Shown here: positions 1 to 7,785 of the stretch, piece by piece
How the letters are laid out: every line of letters begins with the position of its first letter
Numbering within the stretch: position 1 is the stretch's first letter
Source: Candidatus Auribacterota bacterium
Lineage (GTDB): Bacteria > Auribacterota > UBA6266
DNA: 28,105 nucleotides
NCBI GenBank assembly: GCA_023136205.1
Contig: JAGLRQ010000114.1
Span: forward strand, 1 to 28,105
Direction: 5' to 3'
Made by a program: the position numbers and the translations under genes
The notes under the pieces: model-generated
What the model was told of the DNA's origin: nothing
Databases searched by the model: none
What the model saw: only the letters and a program-made list of their open reading frames with translations

Positions 1-137
1 GGGGGTAAGAGCGGCTCTACTGCCGAAACCTGGGCCGGCTGAGTAATATTATCTTCACCCAGGGTACTTTCAAGCGGCAAAACTGACAAAAGAAAAATAA
101 TTAATATCCTTTTAAAGAATGTACTTTTGGGAAGCAT
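1..137 (-). CDS. Hypothetical exported protein, N-terminal fragment (gene runs off the left edge)
   Basis: The ATG at 137..135 overlaps the TAA stop (139..137) of the upstream gene in a TAATG junction. My reverse-strand translation reads MLPKSTFFKRILIIFLLSVLPLESTLGEDNITQPAQVSAVEPLL..., a basic n-region plus hydrophobic core typical of a Sec signal peptide. It is absent from the ORF track because it is truncated. Its position after an ExeA/ExeB-like pair would fit a secretin or another envelope protein, but that is not shown. Confidence 0.4.
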   Translation of the reverse strand, partial: MLPKSTFFKRILIIFLLSVLPLESTLGEDNITQPAQVSAVEPLLP

Positions 138-835
138 TATTTTAACTCCGTTCTTTCTCCCTCAAAACTCAAAACTAACCTGTCTCTTAAGATGGTTTCA
201 ACCCTGACTTTACCTATCATATCGCCTTCTTTTACAAAAAAAGTTTTCAGCGCTTTTTTATCTTCAACCATCGCGTCCGGATCGCTTGACCATGAAATTC
301 CGACCAACCCCAAATTTTGTGTAACCTGTATAATCCTGGAAGATGGGCTGCTTGTAACCTCCTCAGTTTCCGCAGTTGGCTTCATTCCCATTTTAAATAT
401 ATCGCGCTCTCTGGCCTTTTCTAAATAATATAAGCCAGTTTCCCTAAGGCTTGACAGTACCGCGGGCGACTCCTTAAAAGGCTCCCTGCCCCCCGGCTCA
501 ATATCTAAACGGGGCAATTTCTTTAAATTAATCATCGAGGTATATAGATTATTGACAAAATATATTGAATATACTAAAAGAACAAAAACCAAAAGAGCTA
601 ATGCCCTATTTATAGTTTTAATATCCGGCCGGGCTGTTTTTCTTCTAAGCAGCCGTCTTTTTTTCAGCCTTTCCTTTAAAAAAGAAAACCTGCTTATCCA
701 CCAACCCAAAGAGAGCATTCCAATTCGATGAGGTTTAATCTTTTTAAGTTTTGCTTGTGAGTCCCCTGCTGTAGTTTGATCCTCAATTAATTTTAATAAC
801 TGTTTCTCTGGAGTAAAGGGTCTTTTTTGTGCCAT
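137..835 (-). CDS. Bitopic membrane protein, GspB/ExeB- or GspC/PilP-like secretion or pilus assembly component
   Basis: 232 aa with a basic cytoplasmic N-terminus and one TM helix (ALALLVFVLLVYSIYFV). The periplasmic C-terminus ends in a beta-rich segment (LGLVGISWSSDPDAMVEDKKALKTFFVKEGDMIGKVRVETILRDRLVLSFEG) resembling the GspB/GspC-HR/PilP fold signature. It overlaps the ExeA-like gene by 43 nt, so the true start could be the internal Met at 718. Confidence 0.5.
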   Translation of the reverse strand: MAQKRPFTPEKQLLKLIEDQTTAGDSQAKLKKIKPHRIGMLSLGWWISRFSFLKERLKKRRLLRRKTARPDIKTINRALALLVFVLLVYSIYFVNNLYTSMINLKKLPRLDIEPGGREPFKESPAVLSSLRETGLYYLEKARERDIFKMGMKPTAETEEVTSSPSSRIIQVTQNLGLVGISWSSDPDAMVEDKKALKTFFVKEGDMIGKVRVETILRDRLVLSFEGERTELK

Positions 836-1680
836 CCTGTTTTTATCTCTTTATCGGTTATTATTTCTTTATCGGTTATCTCTCTGATTAATCCGCTATC
901 TACAACTGATTTATTCAATAGCACTAATTTAGTCAATGCCTTATGGCAAAGCATGGTTATTTGTCTGGGATAACCGCGGCTATGCTGATGAATTTCTCGA
1001 ATGGCATCATCCAAAAAAAGATACATGCTTGACTTGTATCCTGCCTGTCTTATACGAAATTCAACCATCTCTTTGGTCTCTTCAAAATTCAAGGGATTCA
1101 ATGTATATTTAAAACTGATACGGTCAAAGAAATTTTGCATATTCATTATTTTATAATGGAGTTCCATCTGGCCCAAAAGAACAAGTTGAAGAAGTTTATA
1201 TTCATTGGTCTCATAGTTTAATAACGTCCGTAATATCTCCAAAGAATTTTCAGTTAATTTTTGGGCCTCATCGATAATAAGAACAGTAGTTTTGCCTTCT
1301 TCCACCCCTTTTTGGAAAAGAAACCTTTCCAGAGATTCTCTCAAATCTAAAATTGTAAAAGATTTGCCGCTTTCTATGTCAATATCGAAATTTCTGGAGA
1401 GCGATGTAAGAAAAAGCTGCTCATTGTCAAACGAAGGATCTAATATCATATGGAAAATAAAGGCCTCTCTCTTTTTTAATTCCTGAATAAGTTTTCGGGA
1501 AAGCGTGGTCTTTCCCGTGCCTATATCCCCCAATATTACAGAAAGACCTCTTTTGAGCCTGAGTTCTATCAATATATTCATCAGAGCTATCTCATGTTCC
1601 TTCGACATATAGAAAAATCGAGGGTCAGGGCTCGTTGAAAACGGTTCCTTCTGAAATCCCAACACTTTATAATAGGACAT
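793..1680 (-). CDS. ExeA/GspA/MshM-like AAA+ ATPase (secretion- or EPS-locus-associated ATPase family)
   Basis: 295 aa. Walker A is GDIGTGKTT and Walker B is VLIIDEAQKL. The N-terminal FGFxxxPF-type motif (LGFQKEPFSTSPDPRFFYMSKEH) is characteristic of ExeA/GspA-type ATPases. Two AGAGG Shine-Dalgarno-like elements lie in 1681..1712. Confidence 0.8.
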   Translation of the reverse strand: MSYYKVLGFQKEPFSTSPDPRFFYMSKEHEIALMNILIELRLKRGLSVILGDIGTGKTTLSRKLIQELKKREAFIFHMILDPSFDNEQLFLTSLSRNFDIDIESGKSFTILDLRESLERFLFQKGVEEGKTTVLIIDEAQKLTENSLEILRTLLNYETNEYKLLQLVLLGQMELHYKIMNMQNFFDRISFKYTLNPLNFEETKEMVEFRIRQAGYKSSMYLFLDDAIREIHQHSRGYPRQITMLCHKALTKLVLLNKSVVDSGLIREITDKEIITDKEIKTGWHKKDPLLQRNSY

Positions 1681-1712
1681 ATATTATATACCTCTATTAT
1701 ATTTCCTCTTTT

Positions 1713-1943
1713 TTAAAGTTTCGAGTTCAACATCCTGCAGATTATTCTTAATGGATAACCCGCGTTTATCAGTTTCGATATTTTGGCCCGCTTATTTTTT
1801 ATTTCCCTTTCATCATATAATCTCACGTTGCCGTTTCTCTTCTCTACCTTAAAGAGCCCCATGTTGGTGTAATAATTAAAAAGAGAATAGGAAATCTTGT
1901 ATTTATCGATTACCTCTTTCGCGGATATGTATTTCCTTTTCAT
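1713..1943 (-). CDS. Short MerR-family HTH DNA-binding protein (HTH only, no effector domain)
   Basis: MKRKYISAKEVIDKYKISYSLFNYYTNMGLFKVEKRNGNVRLYDEREI matches the MerR N-terminal HTH pattern (xxYY...GL...R..g.R.Y). I place the start at Met25 of the tracked ORF (1943) because AGGAAA sits 7 nt upstream. The first 24 codons of the 1713..2015 ORF (MIVVIVVTATV...) look non-coding. Confidence 0.6.
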   Translation of the reverse strand: MKRKYISAKEVIDKYKISYSLFNYYTNMGLFKVEKRNGNVRLYDEREIKNKRAKISKLINAGYPLRIICRMLNSKL

Positions 1944-1993
1944 ATTTGCTTTCCTGTGCTTCTTAAGACTTATAGCACTTCTAACAGTTGCAG

Positions 1994-2011
1994 TAACTAC
2001 TATAACTACTA
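1994..2011. repeat. Perfect tandem 9-mer (TAACTACTA x2) upstream of the MerR-like gene
   Basis: Read directly: taactacta at 1994..2002 and again at 2003..2011. It lies in the 96-nt spacer between the GT2 stop (2040) and the preferred MerR-like start (1943). Confidence 0.9.
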
Positions 2012-2039
2012 TCAAAAGTATCTAATGTTTTAGATTTTG

Positions 2040-2939
2040 TCAAGATGAAAGGGTGTTTTTTTTGAGGCCTTCTTCAACACCTTCCAGGTATGAATTCACT
2101 ATCCTGCAATACCAATAGAATTTTTTATTTATTTTCCTGATAAATCCGATCTTTACCAAAACTGAAAAAATTATACGGGCAGCCCATATGTTTATCATCG
2201 GCAGGAGTATCGATTTCAATTCCGGGTGTTTTTTAAGCAGTATCACCGCGGAAATTCCTGTAAGTTTCATCCTGTGACAGAAAGACTCCATAGTCATCGG
2301 ATGAAAATGACAGCCTTGTGCTTTATTATTATATACAATTTTCAGGCCTTTCTTTTTCAAACGATAGGAGAGCTCAGAATCTTCCAGAGCTCCATAGGGA
2401 AAATCCTCATCAAATCTATCGTCTGCCATCCATTTTTTTGCCAGCGAAATATTGCATGTATAAAAATGCCTGAAATCGCAATCATTCGGGTCTTTAATTG
2501 TATTATATCTGAACTGAAAACCGTTTGGCGCTACATAATTCATAAAATCTGTAACTTTCTGTTCTTTACTCCAGTCAACAAAGCCTAAAATAGCTGCCTG
2601 GGAATGTTCTTTCAAAGATCTTACATGTTGTTCGATTAGATTTTTTGCCGGAAAAATATCATCGCCTATAAATAATATAAAATCTGATTGTGCTTCTTTT
2701 ACTCCTTTATTGCGCGCTGAAGCCGGCCCTTTTTGTTTCTGTTTTATATATTTTAATTTATAATCTACTCTATTTTGAAATTCTTTTACAATCGCTTCAG
2801 TATCATCATTACTGCCGTCATCCACTACTACTACTTCAAATTTGTCATGTGAATATGTCTGTTCATTTAGAAGCCGGAGTGTTTCTTTAAGAAGCTTCTC
2901 TCTATTATAGGATGGTATAATTACGCTTATATCGTACAT
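2040..2939 (-). CDS. Family 2 glycosyltransferase (GT-A fold), soluble or peripheral
   Basis: 299 aa. The N-terminus ISVIIPSYNREKLLKETLRLLNEQTY...EVVVVDDGSNDDT and the DXD-type GDD (FILFIGDDIF) are classic GT2 signatures. Confidence 0.85.
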   Translation of the reverse strand: MYDISVIIPSYNREKLLKETLRLLNEQTYSHDKFEVVVVDDGSNDDTEAIVKEFQNRVDYKLKYIKQKQKGPASARNKGVKEAQSDFILFIGDDIFPAKNLIEQHVRSLKEHSQAAILGFVDWSKEQKVTDFMNYVAPNGFQFRYNTIKDPNDCDFRHFYTCNISLAKKWMADDRFDEDFPYGALEDSELSYRLKKKGLKIVYNNKAQGCHFHPMTMESFCHRMKLTGISAVILLKKHPELKSILLPMINIWAARIIFSVLVKIGFIRKINKKFYWYCRIVNSYLEGVEEGLKKNTLSS

Positions 2940-2947
2940 GGCATTGG

Positions 2948-4957
2948 TTATGAAATTAGATAATTATAAATCAGATAAAAAACAGTTCTAAAATAGCTTG
3001 ATATTGTCAATTTAATAAAACATACATGGGTACAGCTGCAGTTTGTCTCTTTTATAGACATTTTCAGCCTGTTGGCCTGTTTTGAATTAAGGACTGCAGG
3101 AAAATCATAATTTGCCTCTTTTATATTTCCCACCGCGGGCTTAAGTTCACACAGTTTAACGTTTCCATCCGCGTCTAAAACAGCTATATTCCGGCCGGCC
3201 GAACATGTATAGAGAGCTCTTTTTTTTGCCAGGAACCGCTCTTTCAATTTTTGAGACATTTTAAGAAGGCTTATCGCGGCAAAATATTCTAAAGGGTTTA
3301 CATTCTTTCTTTTCAAATAACGTTTTCTATTTCTAATTATCAGATTATGTATTCTATTTACTTTTTCCAAGTCAGGAAGATAGAGATTCTTATCTTTATA
3401 ATCTCCGCGAAGGAGTTCGAAATCATGATAATCAATATCGAAATTATTGAAGGTAAAATCCATGAAATTTTCCAGCTGACCGATACTCCTGTTTGTAATT
3501 ACAGTATTTACAATTACTTCAAGGCCCTTGTCCCGATTTTTAAGCTTTAACAGTTCATTTAGAGTTTTGATTGCTTTATCAAAAACTCCGTCCACACCTC
3601 TTATAGAGTCATGCAGATCTCTAAATCCGTCTATTGAAATAGATATTGAGAGGATAAGATCCGGATATGCTTTCAGGATTCTTTCGGAGAATCGCACAAT
3701 TTTTTCGGTCAGGATTCCGTTTGTCGGTACAGTCAAAGCCGATATCCTGTTATTTTCTATAAACGGCCGGCATACCTCAAAAAGGTCATCTCTTAAAAAA
3801 GGTTCTCCACCCGAAAGCAAAAGCGTTCTGAATTTACCCATAGAATTTGATATTTTCTTTATTTCATCAACCGACAAGTTACTCGTTTTATTAAGTTCCT
3901 GCCAATAAAAACATGTGCTGCACCGGCAATTGCAGTTAGAGGTTACAAAGAAAATAAGAAATTCGAGTTTATTTCTTACAAACGCGTTTTTTAATAATTG
4001 AGTTGAATATCTCGCGAAATTCTTAAGGCTGGGCGCGCGTTTTTTCTTTTGTGCCCAATAGGCTTTATTTTCAGAAATAGATTCCTTAAACCATATCGGT
4101 AAAAACTGGCTGTATTTGCCCAATAAAAAGCCAAATAACCTGAAGGATTCATAAAACGGAAATAACAATAAGTATTTAAACATCTTGTTTTTATAAAAAT
4201 AGAGCATCGCTTTTTTTATATAATGTGTTTCACACAAAAGATTTCTTTTAAACGGCGCGTTAACAATGTCTTTCAAGGAAAGGCCGCTGTCAAAGTTTCT
4301 TGATATTATTCTTCCCACATTATAATCGTGGCTATGAAATACGGAAGCTAACGGTTCGTAGTCTATTTTTTTCCCTTTCATCAACATATCGCGGGACCAT
4401 GCCTGGTCTTCGCTCATTACCAAATGTTCTTTAAATTTATTCTTTTCCCATTCTGACCTGCGTATAGCAGAGTTCACGTTCGAAAATAATATATCCTGCA
4501 GAGTACAATTGTCAGGGTTTATAAAATATTTTATTATTTTGCGGCCGGGATATATATACCGCAAAAAAAACTTCTCCATCGCGGAAGCGTCCTCATTGGG
4601 AATCTGTCGGCCGAATATACCAGCCACATTCTTGTCGGTAAAACCCTTAACTAAACTGGAAAGCCATCCTTCATCTTTTGGGATCGCGTCCTGGCTCAGG
4701 AAAACAAGAATCTCGCCTTCAGCGTTTTCCGCTCCGATATTTCTTGAGCCGCCATGGCTAAAGGATAAAGGCTTTATGTCGATAAGCCTCGCGGAAAAAT
4801 TTTTAGCAATATCTTTTGTATTATCTGTTGAACCCGAATCAACTACAATAATCTCATAGTCAAAATCTACTTTATTTTTTGTTATCCCGTTTAAAAGCTT
4901 ATCAAACCTCGCGCCGGCATTTTTTGTAGGTATTATTATTGAGGCATAAATTGACAT
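2948..4957 (-). CDS. Fusion protein: N-terminal GT2 glycosyltransferase plus C-terminal radical SAM domain with SPASM/Twitch-like Cys cluster
   Basis: 669 aa, one uninterrupted ORF. Residues 1-230 are GT2 (IIIPTKNAG...EIIVVDSGSTDNT...LVFLSQDAIP). Residues 255-295 form an aromatic/hydrophobic linker (FKYLLLFPFYESFRLFGFLLGKYSQFLPIWF). From residue 335 it is radical SAM: CX3CX2C at C342/C346/C349 (FFVTSNCNCRCSTCFYW, nt 3911..3934) and a GGEP SAM-binding motif (LLLSGGEPFL). C-terminal auxiliary-cluster-like cysteines are CSAGRNIAVLDADGNVKLC and CSCTHVC. Confidence 0.8.
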   Translation of the reverse strand: MSIYASIIIPTKNAGARFDKLLNGITKNKVDFDYEIIVVDSGSTDNTKDIAKNFSARLIDIKPLSFSHGGSRNIGAENAEGEILVFLSQDAIPKDEGWLSSLVKGFTDKNVAGIFGRQIPNEDASAMEKFFLRYIYPGRKIIKYFINPDNCTLQDILFSNVNSAIRRSEWEKNKFKEHLVMSEDQAWSRDMLMKGKKIDYEPLASVFHSHDYNVGRIISRNFDSGLSLKDIVNAPFKRNLLCETHYIKKAMLYFYKNKMFKYLLLFPFYESFRLFGFLLGKYSQFLPIWFKESISENKAYWAQKKKRAPSLKNFARYSTQLLKNAFVRNKLEFLIFFVTSNCNCRCSTCFYWQELNKTSNLSVDEIKKISNSMGKFRTLLLSGGEPFLRDDLFEVCRPFIENNRISALTVPTNGILTEKIVRFSERILKAYPDLILSISISIDGFRDLHDSIRGVDGVFDKAIKTLNELLKLKNRDKGLEVIVNTVITNRSIGQLENFMDFTFNNFDIDYHDFELLRGDYKDKNLYLPDLEKVNRIHNLIIRNRKRYLKRKNVNPLEYFAAISLLKMSQKLKERFLAKKRALYTCSAGRNIAVLDADGNVKLCELKPAVGNIKEANYDFPAVLNSKQANRLKMSIKETNCSCTHVCFIKLTISSYFRTVFYLIYNYLIS

Positions 4958-4962
4958 AATGT

Positions 4963-6600
4963 TTATTCTGTATCTTGAGGTTTTTCCATAACAGGCGTTA
5001 ACGAATAGAAAAAGATATATCTGTCGCGCTCAAGCGATTTATAGATAGCCCCGATTCTCTTTATTCCGGAGAGTGACCCAAGAGATGCTTCTATATCCTG
5101 CCCCTTTCCTTTCTCAAGTATTACATAATGTAATTTTAAAGGTTCTTCTGTCATCCCAATTTCCTTAATATGGTAATTGTTTTGTATATATTCAAAAAGC
5201 GGCAGATTCGTGAATTTCAGCTGAAACAAATTCTCTATCGGGTAGAAACAGGTATATTTAATATTAAATTCTTTCTCCTTATTTTTAAATCCTTCCAGGT
5301 CTTTTACCCAACCCGCCATTCTACGGCTATAACGGACTATCCCATATCCCTGGGAATGAGTGGATAAAAATATATATTCACCGGGCCTGGTAAATTCGCG
5401 CAGTGATTTCCCCGCGACGTCTACTCCCAGAAAGGCTGTTCCATGCATCCTTAAAATTGAATTGTAAAGAAGGGGCGCTGAAATAATAATAGCAATTAAC
5501 ATAAATACTAAAAATAAATCGCGCCTAAAAAATTTTCTTACCACACTGGATATGGATGAAATTGTATAAACACTAGAAACCGAAACTAATATCAAAAAAG
5601 GCATCTGAGAGTAATTATTCTGAAATAAATATTTAGAATATATCATGCCATAAATTATAATCGCGAGCCCCCACCCGATTATATATTTATCTAACAAATT
5701 TTTTCTCTTAAAAAACGCGATGCATATTCCTAATAAAGCCAATATGGTATAGACAATTGTAAAATTTTCCTGTTTCGCGTACCACCATATCGTCCTGCCG
5801 TGCTCTGTCCAGTAGCGCGCGGTAAATATGTCAAACGGCTTTATTCCAGACATCTGTGTGAAATACCATCTATTCATAGATTTCAGCCATATTATACCGA
5901 TTATCAGCACTGAGGCCGACAAACAAAATACCAGCAGAGTCTTGAGAAGCTCCTTCCTGTTAGAAAGCAGCGCCTTAAAAGGGAAACAAACAAGATATGG
6001 AATGACGGTTATAAAGAAGTTAAACCTGTAGAAACACGCCGCTGACAAGGCCAGGCCGCTAATAAAAATATTATATTTTTTCATAGAGGATATAAATCGA
6101 ACATAAAATAAATTTGATAAAATCATAAAAAAGAACGCGGGGCTTTCGGGTTGAAGCTGTCGGGAAAAAAATACCGCAAGCGGCATAATGGCCAACAGGA
6201 AACTTGAGAAAAATGAAGGGAGCGGATTTTTAAAAAGAATAGCAGCTATAAAATAAATGATCAGTATGCTAAGCGCCCCAAATAGTATATTAAATAAACG
6301 CGGGCCCCACAAATTCTTATCCAAAAGGTTCCATGCTAAAATAACCTGGTACGAAATTAAAGGCGGCTGAGGATGGAATCTTTCTATAGGTTCTTCAAAT
6401 ATATTATAGCAATATAATCTATTTGAAGAATAATCACCGGCCTTTTGCATCTCGTGGGCAGTAGTCAAATATTCGTTTTCATTCATGTTGTGATAACCAA
6501 TCGATGGGAAATTAAGATTAAAGGATCTTAACGTGACCCCCAGCAAAATTATGAGCGTTAACACAAGAATTTTTGCTAATTTATAGATTCTTTTTTCCAT
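4963..6600 (-). CDS. GT-C fold membrane glycosyltransferase, ArnT/PMT_2-like (polyprenol-P-sugar dependent)
   Basis: 545 aa and polytopic, with about 11-12 hydrophobic helices. The first periplasmic loop carries an acidic motif (HNMNENEYLTTAHEM). This is followed by the PPL motif (HPQPPLISYQVILAW) typical of ArnT/PMT_2 enzymes. A soluble C-terminal domain of about 130 aa follows. Confidence 0.75.
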   Translation of the reverse strand: MEKRIYKLAKILVLTLIILLGVTLRSFNLNFPSIGYHNMNENEYLTTAHEMQKAGDYSSNRLYCYNIFEEPIERFHPQPPLISYQVILAWNLLDKNLWGPRLFNILFGALSILIIYFIAAILFKNPLPSFFSSFLLAIMPLAVFFSRQLQPESPAFFFMILSNLFYVRFISSMKKYNIFISGLALSAACFYRFNFFITVIPYLVCFPFKALLSNRKELLKTLLVFCLSASVLIIGIIWLKSMNRWYFTQMSGIKPFDIFTARYWTEHGRTIWWYAKQENFTIVYTILALLGICIAFFKRKNLLDKYIIGWGLAIIIYGMIYSKYLFQNNYSQMPFLILVSVSSVYTISSISSVVRKFFRRDLFLVFMLIAIIISAPLLYNSILRMHGTAFLGVDVAGKSLREFTRPGEYIFLSTHSQGYGIVRYSRRMAGWVKDLEGFKNKEKEFNIKYTCFYPIENLFQLKFTNLPLFEYIQNNYHIKEIGMTEEPLKLHYVILEKGKGQDIEASLGSLSGIKRIGAIYKSLERDRYIFFYSLTPVMEKPQDTE

Positions 6601-6609
6601 ATAAAAATT

Positions 6610-7758
6610 TTAGCTTTTTATCTCTCTTTCCAAAAATAACAGACTTATAAAAAAGGAAGAAAACATGGTCTGTAAGCCGATAACCAGAAAAGTCATGGCT
6701 AAGAGGGCTTCTCTTATTCTGTATAAGGCACCGAAATTCTTAGAAAACCAGTCTATAAAAATGAAAATTAGAATTACGAATCCCGTCAAAAATACGGCGC
6801 CGCCTAAAGCAAGCCCTTTTTCCAAACTAAAACGGCTCTGAAAAAAGACGGTTACCTTATCATACTTCAAGAATCCCTGTTTCAAAGCAAAGGTATGGGC
6901 AAATATACCCAGGTTCATCAACTGATAAGAAAGAATAGATATCACACTGGCAAAGGCCATCACGTGAATGTCCCAGGACCGGCCTAAAAAATATATCGGC
7001 CGCCTGGACAAAAGCAATAAAAGGATCATACCCCCCGCGAATCCCAAAATTCCGGGAATAAGATATAGCCACATCGGGCAATAAAGAAGCATAAATCTCG
7101 TATGGCGCCACGCGTCATACAAAGGTTTCAGCTTAGACTCGCCTATTCTAGGGTGGTAGTCAATTGGGACTTCGGATACCTTCAGATTCTTTGTTATAGC
7201 AGAAACAACCATCTCTGTCGCAAATTCCATACCCAGTGTTCTCAACTTCATTTTCTTATACGCCTCATTTGTAAGAGCACGCATACCGCAATGGATATCT
7301 GAAAGCCTGGTACGAAAAAATAGGCGGCATATTCCTGAAAGCACAGGATTGCCTATATACCGATGTGACCAGCTCATCGCCCCTTTTCTGATTTTGCCTT
7401 TAAACCTGGAACCCATCACTAAATCATATCCCTCTTTCAGGGGTTTTAAAAATTTAGGAATATCATAGAAATTATATGTATCATCCGCGTCTCCCATGAT
7501 TATATACTTACCTTTTGCTTCCCTTAAACCTCGCAAATAGGCCGCGCCGTAACCTTTATGTGTCTCGGAAACAACAATCGCCCCTTCTCTTTCGGCAATC
7601 TCCCTTGACCTGTCTATGGAACCATTATCAACGACAACAATCTCACCGGCAATATTCTCCTTCGCGAATACATCTTTAATCTTTTTTACGCAGAGGCCAA
7701 TTGTTTCTTCTTCGTTAAGACATGGTAAAATACAAGAAACATCCACAGTTTTACTCAT
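6610..7758 (-). CDS. Membrane-anchored GT2, polyprenol-phosphate glycosyltransferase type (DPM1/GtrB/ArnC/AglD-like)
   Basis: 382 aa. The GT2 head reads VSCILPCLNEEETIG...IVVVDNGSIDRS, with DXD in IIMGDADDTY. Four C-terminal TM helices follow (e.g. LYLIPGILGFAGGMILLLLL, FLTGFVILIFIFIDWF). Adjacency to a PMT_2-like GT-C is the usual pairing of a lipid-P-sugar synthase with the enzyme that consumes it. Confidence 0.75.
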   Translation of the reverse strand: MSKTVDVSCILPCLNEEETIGLCVKKIKDVFAKENIAGEIVVVDNGSIDRSREIAEREGAIVVSETHKGYGAAYLRGLREAKGKYIIMGDADDTYNFYDIPKFLKPLKEGYDLVMGSRFKGKIRKGAMSWSHRYIGNPVLSGICRLFFRTRLSDIHCGMRALTNEAYKKMKLRTLGMEFATEMVVSAITKNLKVSEVPIDYHPRIGESKLKPLYDAWRHTRFMLLYCPMWLYLIPGILGFAGGMILLLLLSRRPIYFLGRSWDIHVMAFASVISILSYQLMNLGIFAHTFALKQGFLKYDKVTVFFQSRFSLEKGLALGGAVFLTGFVILIFIFIDWFSKNFGALYRIREALLAMTFLVIGLQTMFSSFFISLLFLEREIKS

Positions 7759-7785
7759 TCTGCCACCGCCATCCTTTCCATGTTA

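Noticed and set aside
1944-2015. 24-codon N-terminal extension of the MerR-like ORF (MIVVIVVTATVRSAISLKKHRKAN).
   Set aside because: MerR HTH domains begin within a few residues of the N-terminus. A good AGGAAA SD precedes the internal Met at 1943. The extension is partly encoded by the tandem 9-mer repeat.
6860-7111. 83-aa same-strand ORF nested in the GT2 gene in another frame. Similar cases are 11820..12074 and 18031..18243.
   Set aside because: These are alternative-frame ORFs inside well-supported genes, with no independent start signals or motifs.
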